From Nitrospinota bacterium (lineage in GTDB: Bacteria > UBA8248): DNA of 20,033 bases. Below the pieces are notes generated by a model that saw only the letters and a list, made by a program, of their open reading frames with translations, was not told where the DNA came from and searched no databases. The position numbers and the translations under genes are program-made. Each line of letters starts with the position of its first letter. The stretch's first letter is position 1. This document shows, piece after piece, positions 1-7,491 of this stretch. The stretch covers positions 1 through 20,033 of the forward strand of contig JASLZZ010000064.1 in NCBI GenBank assembly GCA_030754595.1. Direction: 5' to 3'.

Positions 1-141
1 TGCTTCTCTCAGCTTGGATATGATCTGCTCGGGTGTATGACGCTTCTTGCTCATCTGAATCCCCCCGGATTGGGCGGTCACACCGAAAGAATACCGAAAA
101 TACTCCCACTCAGCATGGACCGGTTTTGAGGGGGAAGATCA
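1..141 (-). mobile_element. IS3-family element, left end (IRL plus start of orfA), runs off window start
   Basis: Minus strand begins TGATCTTCCCCCTCAAAACCGGTCCA. ATG at 54-52 encodes MSKKRHTPEQIISKLREA, a typical IS3 OrfA N-terminus. About 9 differences from 2535-2674 by manual comparison. Confidence 0.9.
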
Positions 142-282
142 AAGTTACAGAAGGACCTGGATAAATACCTTCGGTTCTATAACACTAAGCGGCCACATCA
201 GGGTTACAGGAACATGGGGAAGCGGCCCATTGACACCGTGGAGAGGTTCGTTAAATCGTCACGGAAGAAGGCTAGCTGAACA
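142..282 (+). mobile_element. IS481-family transposase 3' remnant with probable right end
   Basis: 142-279 reads KLQKDLDKYLRFYNTKRPHQGYRNMGKRPIDTVERFVKSSRKKAS*, with the YN..RPH.GY integrase-core tail. ACA follows immediately at 280-282; IS481 elements end TGT...ACA. Confidence 0.7.
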
Positions 283-431
283 TATCTGGAAGTAGTCCGA
301 ATATTGGAATGACCAAGTACCATTGATAAATCACGGATACTCGCACCATATCGAGATAGATTTCTTGCAATATTTGTTGCAAATGTCCGCTCATTATATT
401 CGGCGAACCCATCTCAGAGGAGAGCTCCCCC

Positions 432-857
432 ATGCCGCGCACGATCGAACGTATGCACTGGCCCGACGCACCAGACATCTGGGCGCCGTTCACCCCGATC
501 ATCAAAGTCTCTGGCGGGACGACCGTCTACCTGGCGGGGATGACCGCCGCCCCGATGTATCATCGCCACCCGCACCAACCCGAGGAGTTCGCCGCCATAC
601 CTGACGACATGGAGGGCCAGGTCCGCGAGATTTTCGTGAAGATGAAGAAGAGCCTCGCCACCGCGGGGGCGGAGCTGTCCGATGTCGTGATGGCCACCCG
701 CTACCTCAAGGACATCATTCAGCAGGATATCGTCAACAAATTATGGGAGGAGGAGTTCGGCGACAACCGGCCCACCACGACCACTGTCCAGATAGAGCGC
801 CTGGCGGCCGATCCGAAGCTGCTGATCGAGATCACCGTAACGGCCGTGATCGATTGA
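432..857 (+). CDS. RidA/YjgF/UK114 family protein
   Basis: 141 aa with VYLAG, AGAELSDVV, RPTTTTVQI..L and LLIEITVTAV motifs. GAGGAG RBS upstream. Confidence 0.9.
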   Translation: MPRTIERMHWPDAPDIWAPFTPIIKVSGGTTVYLAGMTAAPMYHRHPHQPEEFAAIPDDMEGQVREIFVKMKKSLATAGAELSDVVMATRYLKDIIQQDIVNKLWEEEFGDNRPTTTTVQIERLAADPKLLIEITVTAVID

Positions 858-1271
858 GGAGATCACCCCGAACGGATGGGGGCGAGAGTGGTTACGCGTG
901 GTCCGCGAGGCACCGGGGGCCAAGGCGCGGGGCGCTGCGGCCGAAAGAGGACGGCCCGCCGGTGGTTTCGCCCGGGCGGATTCTCCCGGCGAGGCCTTCG
1001 CCAACCGGTATCCCTTCTTTTTCATGCAATTTTTATAAACGCCGAAATCAATCTGCGAGAATCCGGGGAGGAAAGCCCATATCCGCCACTTCGGGAAAGT
1101 GGACCAAGCGAAGCCGCTCACAACCTCGAGGCCGGCACTTCCGGCGCAGGCCTCGATGTCCGCCCTCCCTCCCTTGGGAGTAGCGTTGACTTTATGCCAG
1201 TTCATCGTGGTGCACCCTGATAGAAAAACAAGAAGTACGGATATCCCCAAAAAGATGGAAATTTTCCACAT
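741..1271 (-). CDS. Hypothetical lipoprotein (3' end uncertain)
   Basis: ATG at 1271 gives signal peptide MWKISIFLGISVLLVFLSGC (lipobox LSGC), then D...C and CMKKKGY. The frame runs 117 nt into the convergent RidA gene, so the true stop may be earlier or lost. Confidence 0.5.
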   Translation of the reverse strand: MWKISIFLGISVLLVFLSGCTTMNWHKVNATPKGGRADIEACAGSAGLEVVSGFAWSTFPKWRIWAFLPGFSQIDFGVYKNCMKKKGYRLAKASPGESARAKPPAGRPLSAAAPRALAPGASRTTRNHSRPHPFGVISSIDHGRYGDLDQQLRIGRQALYLDSGRGGPVVAELLLP

Positions 1272-1586
1272 TTGACCATCTCCCCCCGAATATTGGCCAC
1301 CGAAATTCCCGGCTTCCACTCTGGTTTTCCTGTCCGATGACAGCCATTATGAACCCTCGCCCTCCTCCGGCCCAGGCAAGAGAACCTCCGGTCCAGACTG
1401 GAGAACCGGGGGGCGCCCGAAGCTCATCCAATCGGGGCCATTTCCCCCTGGGCAGGAAGGGCTAAGTCCCCCCCCGTCCTGGATGGCCAGGGCCGGGGCG
1501 GACGAACCCTTCCACCGCCTGGGTCCATTTTGGATAAATCCCGTTTTTGGATATCATGATGCCAAACTTATCTCCGAGGGGATTTA

Positions 1587-2237
1587 ATGAACGACAAGCT
1601 GAATATGCATGAGATCGGAACCATCCTCGTCAACGCGCCCTATCTCTCCACCTAGACGCTGACGGTCCGGGACATTTACAGCGACAGGTTCGTCGTGGAG
1701 GACCTCGAGATTCCCGAGATCGGGAAGGTCACCAACTGCTCGATCGTATTCGGGGAAAAAATGTTCGAAGATTGCCAGGCTACGGTGGTCTCGATGAACG
1801 AATCCCTCGCCACGCCCGCGACCTGGCTCGTCGGACTCTGGTTCAACATCGCCGACGAACTCCAGACCGAGTTCGAGTACCTGAGGTTTCAGCTCACGCG
1901 CGAAGGCAAGCCCTCGCTGAACGAACTCGTCGAAAAGTTCAGCGAGAACTACGGGTTCTTCTCCCGGATGTCGGAGAAGGAGATCGTATGGATGCTCCGG
2001 TTGTGCAGACGCAGATCCTTCTCTTCGGATCAGGTGATCTTTCATCAAGGCGAGTTGGGGAAATGTTTTTACCTGATCGTCTACGGCGAGGTGATCATCG
2101 ACCGCGACATAATCGAGCTTGCCCGGCTGGGCCAGGGACATTGCTTCGGCGAGATGGCAGTGCTCGACAACGCACCGCGCGCGGAAAAGGCAATCGCCGC
2201 CGCCGATACGCTTTTGTTTTCCATCGAGCGCGACTGA
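1587..2237 (+). pseudogene. Cyclic-nucleotide-binding domain protein, interrupted by an in-frame TAG and truncated by IS
   Basis: ATG 1587 with GAGGGG RBS and in-frame TAG at 1653-1655. The frame continues into the cNMP-binding motifs IFHQGELG..FYLI..GEV and GHCFGEMAVLDNAPR. It ends at the TGA supplied by the IS terminus (2235-2237), before the domain's C-terminal helices. Confidence 0.8.
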
Positions 2238-2674
2238 CCTCCCCCCAATAGTAGTACCACTAGCTACGAGAGTTTTGGAACCATGGACGAAGGGCGAAGC
2301 GGAGCGAAGCCCGGAGGCCATGGTTCTTTCGTTTCAGGAACTGGAGGCCGGTAGCCCAGCGAGCTGTGCGGCCTGATCCTGTTGTAGATATGCCGCCAGC
2401 GTTCCACTAAAACTTTCGCTTCATGTAGCGTATCGAATCTCTCGAGATTCAAAAGCTCATCCCGCATCCTGCTCTGAGACCCCAATGCGCTTGCAGGCCA
2501 CGGGCACGCTTTGCCCTTGAGATAGCAGGATCTCGGCTTCTCTCAGCTTGGATATGATCTGCTCGGGTGTATGGCGCTTCTTGCTCATCTAAATCCCCCA
2601 GATTGGGCGGTCACACCGAAAGAGTACCGAAAATACTCCCATTCAGCATGGACCGGTTTTGAGGGGGGAGGTCA
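2235..2674 (-). mobile_element. Internally deleted (non-autonomous) IS3-family element, 440 bp
   Basis: Terminal IRs share TGACCTCCCCCC. The orfA N-terminus (ATG 2588, MSKKRHTPEQIISKLREAEILLSQGQSVPVACKRIGVSEQ) is joined directly to the orfB C-terminus (RMRDELLNLERFDTLHEAKVLVERWRHIYNRIRPHSSLGYRPP). No target-site duplication. Confidence 0.9.
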
Positions 2675-3238
2675 CTCGCAGCCGTCTTGACGATTGCTCT
2701 TCTTATTCCCTCACCTGTCCGCACACAGGGAATGAAAGGAATGAAGTCCATGGACAAGGGAATGAAGCCGATGGGCGGGATGGCGGCGGTCAAGAACGCT
2801 CCGGTTGTTCCCGCCGTCACGGGCTACAGCGAGGGGAAAACCATCCTGTTCATTCACACGGAGACATCCGACAAAAAAATCGCGAAGATATTGACCGACA
2901 TGATGGGCGGCTCCCCCGTTCTGGTCGTTCCGGCGCTGGCCAAGGTGCCTGCGGAGGCGCTCTCCCGGGTCTATGTCTTCGCCAACGGCCTCAAGGGCGG
3001 CGGGCCGACAGGGCCCCTCGGTTTACAGGCCGATGTATTCGAGAATCCTCCCGGCGATCCCGGCTACTCCCCCTTGAGGAAAATTACCCTCGTAAGGTGG
3101 AAGACCCCGTCCGCCGCCCGGCGGCTGCGGTCGGCGGGCGAGGTCCGAAAGGCGGTCCGAAATGGCGAGGCGGCGGCCGAGGAAACCGCCGTCGTCGTGA
3201 ACATGCCGTTTTTGACCTGGCCGGGCGGGAAACGCTAG
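2675..3238 (+). pseudogene. Secreted hypothetical protein with Met-rich N-terminus, 5'-truncated by IS
   Basis: The frame opens at the IS end with a partial signal peptide (LAAVLTIALLIPSPVRTQ) lacking its start and n-region. GMKGMKSMDKGMKPMGGM follows, then a domain with Q..VF...PG...YSPL and VVNMP. Could still be expressed from TTG 2687 or an internal ATG. Confidence 0.6.
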
Positions 3239-3450
3239 CGGCCCGCGCGCGGACATCGAATGAGGCCCGGCGGCGTCTTCCTCCAGCCGGCCTCCTCCGC
3301 TGACTCCGGGGCGTCTCGCCTCCTCGGCTCGGCGGGGCGCCTCACCTCTTCGGTGAGGCGTCCACCTGTTGCGCCGGGGGCTTTCAGGTGACATCCTTTT
3401 CCCGTCCGGAACCTTCAGACCCCACCCGGAATCTTCAGGAGGGATGCGCC

Positions 3451-4860
3451 ATGGACCCATCCGAGAAACTTCTGGCTTGGTACGCGGACCTCCGCTTCGG
3501 TGACCTTCCCGCCGAGGCGGTCAAGGCCTCCCGCACCTTCATCATCGACACCATCGGCTGCGCCCTGGCAGGCTCATCGGCCCCGCTCAACGCCGAGCTC
3601 GTCGAGCGCCACCTCAGATGGGGCGGCGCGCCCGAGGCCACCGTTCTCGTGTACGGCAACCGCCTCCCGGCCGCGGCCGCGGCCCTGCTCAACGCCGCAA
3701 TGATCCACTCGAACGACTACGACGACACCCACGACCCAACGGCGATCCACGTCTTCGTCACCCTCCTGCCGGCGATGCTCGCCGCCGCGGAGAGTTTGGG
3801 GCGGCCCACCTCGGGGAAAGACTTCATCGCCGCCCTCGCCGGGGCGGCCGAAGTGACTATTCGCCTCGGCAACAGCGTTCGCGACCACATCCACGCCGGC
3901 TGGCTGCCCACAACGGTTTTCGGAGCAATCGGCGCCGCCGCCGGGGCGGCGAAGATCACGGGCCTCGGCGAGTCGGGGGTCCTCGACGCCGCCGGCCTCG
4001 GCTACGCCCAGACCCACGGCAACCGCCAGGCCCTGCTCGACGCCACCCTCGCCAAGCGGCTCCAGCCCGCCTTCAGCGCCCAGGCGGGCGTCCAGGCGGC
4101 CGCGCTAGCCGAGATCGGAGCGACCGGCCCCCGGAGGCTCGCCGAGGGGGCGGACGGGATTTTCGAGCTCTTCGGCGGGGGCAAAGGCGACCCGGAGGCC
4201 TTGACCGAGGGGCTCGGCGAGCGCTGGGAGATGAGCCGAATTTCGGTGAAACCCTACCCCTGCTGCCGCTCGAACCACGGCGTAATCAGCGCGGCCGAGG
4301 AAGCGCGGGACAAACTCGGCGCGTTCACGGCCGGGGATATCGAGTCGGTGGACGTCTGGGTGACGCGGTATTCCTACTCGATGGTGGGCCAGCCCTTTGA
4401 AATCCGCCAAAACCCGCAGGTGGACGCCCAGTTCAGCGCCCAGTGGACCTCGGCCCACACCCTGCTCCACGGCCCGCCGGGGATCGCCTCCTTCGAGCCG
4501 CAAAGGGTGGTCTCGGGGAATGCGGTGAAGACCCTCGCCGAGAGGACCCGGGTTCACATCTGGGAGGGCGGGGAGGGTGTGCCCGACTCGGACGCCCCCT
4601 TCCGCCTCTCGCGCGTCGCCGCCAGACTCAAGGACGGCCGCGCCGCCGACGTGACCCACGAACGGGTGAAGGGCTCGCCCGAGTGGCCGCTCACCAATGA
4701 GGAGCGCCGGGCCAAGTTCACCGAGTGCGCCGGCTGCGCCGCCCGCTCCCTCGACCCCGCCCGCGTCGCCGAAGCCCTCGCCGCCCTCGAAGCCATCCAG
4801 GAACAGCCCAACATCGCCCCCCTCCTCGGCATGCTCACCGCCCAGCCCGCAATGGTGTAG
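3451..4860 (+). CDS. MmgE/PrpD family protein
   Basis: IIDTIGCALAG, HSNDYDDTH, KPYPCCRSNH, AQFS and KGSPEWPL motifs. ATG 3451 after GGAGG. Confidence 0.92.
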   Translation: MDPSEKLLAWYADLRFGDLPAEAVKASRTFIIDTIGCALAGSSAPLNAELVERHLRWGGAPEATVLVYGNRLPAAAAALLNAAMIHSNDYDDTHDPTAIHVFVTLLPAMLAAAESLGRPTSGKDFIAALAGAAEVTIRLGNSVRDHIHAGWLPTTVFGAIGAAAGAAKITGLGESGVLDAAGLGYAQTHGNRQALLDATLAKRLQPAFSAQAGVQAAALAEIGATGPRRLAEGADGIFELFGGGKGDPEALTEGLGERWEMSRISVKPYPCCRSNHGVISAAEEARDKLGAFTAGDIESVDVWVTRYSYSMVGQPFEIRQNPQVDAQFSAQWTSAHTLLHGPPGIASFEPQRVVSGNAVKTLAERTRVHIWEGGEGVPDSDAPFRLSRVAARLKDGRAADVTHERVKGSPEWPLTNEERRAKFTECAGCAARSLDPARVAEALAALEAIQEQPNIAPLLGMLTAQPAMV

Positions 4861-4874
4861 ACCAAAACCTAGCC

Positions 4875-4907
4875 AAAAAAAATCGGCGGCCGTCGCCGGC
4901 CGCCGAT
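4875..4907 (-). terminator. Intrinsic terminator of the cold-shock gene
   Basis: Perfect 11-bp stem ATCGGCGGCCG/CGGCCGCCGAT (4882-4907) with a GCGA loop on the minus strand, followed by a U-run (A-run 4875-4882 on plus). Confidence 0.8.
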
Positions 4908-4929
4908 CTCGTGACGCTGCTATCGGGAT

Positions 4930-5133
4930 TTAAGCGACCTTCGCCACCTTCTCCGCCTGGAGCCCCTTTGGTCCATTGACGACGTCGAAGTTGACCTCAT
5001 CGCCTTCCTCGAGCGTTTTGAAGCCGTCGCCCGCGATGGCCGAGAAATGGACGAAAACATCGTCCCCGTCTTCTTGGCTGATGAACCCAAACCCTTTTGC
5101 GTCGTTGAACCACTTCACACTACCTGTTGCCAT
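4930..5133 (-). CDS. cspA: Cold-shock protein (CspA family)
   Basis: 67 aa with [13 protein letters not shown] (RNP1), DVFVHFSAI (RNP2) and GPKGLQA. The symbol indicates family only. Confidence 0.97.
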   Translation of the reverse strand: MATGSVKWFNDAKGFGFISQEDGDDVFVHFSAIAGDGFKTLEEGDEVNFDVVNGPKGLQAEKVAKVA

Positions 5134-5367
5134 GCTTTTCCCCTTGAATGGAGATTCGGTGTAGAGATGCTGATGGAAGGAGCTTCTTGCAAGAAAGGAA
5201 CTTCAATCGATCGGCATATCCAATAAACGACCTTTCGCCCGCGCCTTGCGGACAGGTCGGCGGGACCGTAGCAGGGTTCACCGAAGAGCGCAACCCCCAA
5301 TATCAGCCCCCCCCCCGGGGGAGGCGCTCCGGCGGGGTTTTTGGTGTGCCGGCAGCCCCTTAACTCC

Positions 5368-5569
5368 CTACAAGCGGATCATCGATCTCAAGGTCTCGCC
5401 CCGCTCCATGGCCTCGAACGCCGCTTCGGTGTCGCCCAGCCCGATGGTGCGGGTGACCATCCGGTCGAGGTCGAGCTCGCCCGATTTGTACCACTCCGCC
5501 AGCAGGGGGGAAATCCCGCGAGGGCAGGCAGTCACCGTACCAACTCACCCGGAGCGAGCCGCCCAGGCC
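5368..5569 (-). pseudogene. C-terminal remnant of a Zn-dependent alcohol dehydrogenase (MscR/S-(hydroxymethyl)mycothiol dehydrogenase-like), frameshifted
   Basis: Reads GLGGSLRVSWYGDCLPSRDFP, then an extra base in the G6 run at 5505-5510, then LLAEWYKSGELDLDRMVTRTIGLGDTEAAFEAMERGETLRSMIRL*. SWYGDCLP.RDFP is recognisable from MscR-type enzymes. Confidence 0.75.
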
Positions 5570-5680
5570 TCCAGCTCCTGAAACAAAAGAACCATGGCCT
5601 CCGGGCTTCGCTCCGCTTCGCCCTACGGCCATGGTTCCAAAACTCTCATAGGAAATGGTACAACTATCGGGGGCAGGTCA
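5566..5680 (+). mobile_element. IS3-family element right-end remnant
   Basis: Reverse-complement homologue of about 2235-2349, ending ...ATCGGGGGCAGGTCA. More diverged than the other copies. Confidence 0.88.
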
Positions 5681-5914
5681 CAGGAGCATGATGTGTCACT
5701 TGGGCAGGTCAGGGAGTTGATTGGCTCGGCAGGCTTGAGGTTCGTCGGTTTCGAATTTGAGAAGATAGAACACAGGGAAAGATATGTTGAAAGTTTTCCG
5801 GATGATGAGGCCATGACAAATCTGGACAACTGGGAGCGTCATGAAGAAGAGTTCTCCGATACATTTTTGGGGATGTACCAGTTTTGGTGTCAAAAAGCAG
5901 GGACGCCGGATTAA
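5681..5914 (+). pseudogene. C-terminal remnant of a class I SAM methyltransferase (TPR-associated type)
   Basis: QEH....GLRFVGFE....FPDDEAMTNLDNW...E....TFLGMYQFWCQK matches the tail I recognise from this family. Starts abruptly at the IS end with no start codon. Lower GC than the core genes. Confidence 0.7.
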
Positions 5915-5961
5915 CACACAATCAATCCCGCGAACCGCATCCGCCGAGGAGGAAGAGGCCG

Positions 5962-6576
5962 ATGCCCGACGAAAAAATTAAAAGCAAGGACGACCTCCGG
6001 GCCTACTACGGCGAGCCCGTCCCCCGGACGGTGCAGCGGCAGCTTTCACGTCTCGACGCGCACTGCCGCCACTTCATCTCGCTATCGCCGTTCCTGGTGA
6101 TGGCCTCCTGGGGCGAGGGAGGCGCCGACGCCTCCCCCAAGGGAGACCCGCCGGGCTTCGTCCGGGTGGTGGACGACACCACCCTTCTCCTGCCCGACCG
6201 GCGGGGGAACCGGCGGGTGGACTCGATGATGAATATCCTTGACAACCCGGGGGTCGGCCTGATCTTTTTCGTGCCGGGGGTGGAGGAGACGCTCCGGGTC
6301 AACGGCGACGCGCGGATCACCACCGACCCCGCGCTCCTCGAGCCGCTCTCAGAGAGAGGCAAGCCACCCGAGTCGGGGCTGCTGATCGAGGTGAAGGAAG
6401 CGTTTTTTCACTGCGGAAAATCCATCATCCGCTCAAAGCTCTGGGACGAGGAAACCAAAATCGAGCGGAGCGCGTTTCCCACCCTGGGCCGGATCGTCGT
6501 GGATCAGGTGCCGGGCAAGAACCTCGCCGAAGAAGACGCCCTCACCGAGCGGGTCTACCGCGACGAGCTTTACTAG
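5962..6576 (+). CDS. Pyridoxamine 5'-phosphate oxidase-like FMN-binding protein (MSMEG_1061 type)
   Basis: DASPKGDPPGFV, LPDRRGNRRVDS..NI, ETLRVNG and FFHCGKSIIRSKLW motifs. ATG 5962 after GAGGAGG. Confidence 0.92.
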   Translation: MPDEKIKSKDDLRAYYGEPVPRTVQRQLSRLDAHCRHFISLSPFLVMASWGEGGADASPKGDPPGFVRVVDDTTLLLPDRRGNRRVDSMMNILDNPGVGLIFFVPGVEETLRVNGDARITTDPALLEPLSERGKPPESGLLIEVKEAFFHCGKSIIRSKLWDEETKIERSAFPTLGRIVVDQVPGKNLAEEDALTERVYRDELY

Positions 6577-6739
6577 CCCTAAAATTTAACGCTCCTCGGA
6601 GTGACCGCCCGGGGGAGTCTCGGCTTTTTTCCCACCCGAGCGTCCCCGGCGGTGCCTCAGATATCCTCTCGAAACAACGGCTGTCCCCCTCCCCCTCCGG
6701 GCGGGAGGGGACAAAACCGTCAATTCCGGCGCTTTTTTA

Positions 6740-6748
6740 TGATATAAT
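6740..6748 (+). promoter_or_regulatory. Putative extended -10 promoter for the cytochrome c' gene
   Basis: TGATATAAT matches TGnTATAAT and lies in an AT-rich patch about 125 nt upstream of the start. Confidence 0.55.
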
Positions 6749-6873
6749 TTCCTTAGTCTACTAATTCAGACGGGTTTGTCTGCAAAAAGCGCAAGGTTCC
6801 GGATGAAAGCATCCGCCCATGCTGCTTTTGTGTGGTTCTGAATGGTCATTCAAAGGAAAAGAGACGTTTGCTC

Positions 6874-7368
6874 ATGCGGAACTCAGCATTTTGGAGAAGA
6901 GGAGCCCTTCTGGTTCTGGCCGGTGTTTTCGCCGCCGGCTGCACGGGACCCGGCATCTTCGAGACTAAAAATGTAGCCGCCCGCAAGGGGCTGAACAAAG
7001 ATGTAGCCGCCCGCAAAGGGCTGATGAAATCCATCGGCAAAACCTGGAAAGCGGTCAAGAAAGCGGCGAAGGCCGACGACAACAAGGCGGCGGGCAAGGC
7101 GTCGGGCGAGCTCTACAAGCTGTCCGGAAAAATCTCCAAGGTGTTCAAGAATAAAGGCGGGAAATCCCGCTCCAAGCCGAACGTATGGACCGACAAGGGC
7201 AAGTTCAAGCAGCGGGCCGAGTTCCTGGCCGTCAGCGCGGCTGTTTTCTCCCAGGTCCACTCCAAGAGCGGAAGCAAGGCCATGGTCTCCAAGGGCGTCA
7301 AGAACATTGGTAAAAACTGCGGCGGGTGCCACAAGACCTTCCGGGCCAAGAAAAAGAAGAAGATGTAA
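6874..7368 (+). CDS. Class II cytochrome c (c'/c556-like) lipoprotein
   Basis: Signal peptide with lipobox FAAGC, R...MK helix-A motif, S.SKPNVWTD...F and C-terminal heme motif CGGCHKTFR. Confidence 0.9.
   Translation: MRNSAFWRRGALLVLAGVFAAGCTGPGIFETKNVAARKGLNKDVAARKGLMKSIGKTWKAVKKAAKADDNKAAGKASGELYKLSGKISKVFKNKGGKSRSKPNVWTDKGKFKQRAEFLAVSAAVFSQVHSKSGSKAMVSKGVKNIGKNCGGCHKTFRAKKKKKM
6971..7029 (+). repeat. 30-nt in-frame tandem duplication
   Basis: ATGTAGCCGCCCGCAAGGGGCTGAACAAAG followed by ATGTAGCCGCCCGCAAAGGGCTGATGAAA, encoding VAARKGLNK D VAARKGLMK. Confidence 0.9.
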
Positions 7369-7395
7369 CCCGTTTTCACGAATCGCAACGAATCG

Positions 7396-7440
7396 CAAGA
7401 CCCCCCGGCCCTCTCAAGGCCGGGGGGTCTTGTTGTATTA
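7396..7440 (+). terminator. Intrinsic terminator between convergent genes
   Basis: Perfect 15-bp stem CAAGACCCCCCGGCC/GGCCGGGGGGTCTTG with a 7-nt loop and T-rich tail. Confidence 0.8.
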
Positions 7441-7491
7441 GTCCGGGTATCCGGATTCGCCGCTGGCCCGGCTCAGCCGACGCCGCCCACC

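Noticed and set aside
3338..3360. 9-bp hairpin CGCCTCACC/GGTGAGGCG as terminator or REP
   Set aside because: No U-tract and no second copy seen in the window.
5360..5914. ORFs 5594-5914 (+) and 5360-5632 (-) as real fusion genes
   Set aside because: They are chimeric frames starting inside the IS hairpin and reading into gene remnants.
6971..7029. 30-nt repeat as a CRISPR array
   Set aside because: Two adjacent copies, no spacer, in frame inside a CDS, and no cas genes.
7379..7398. CGAATCGCAA tandem duplicate
   Set aside because: Short slippage-type duplication beside a terminator with no evidence of function.
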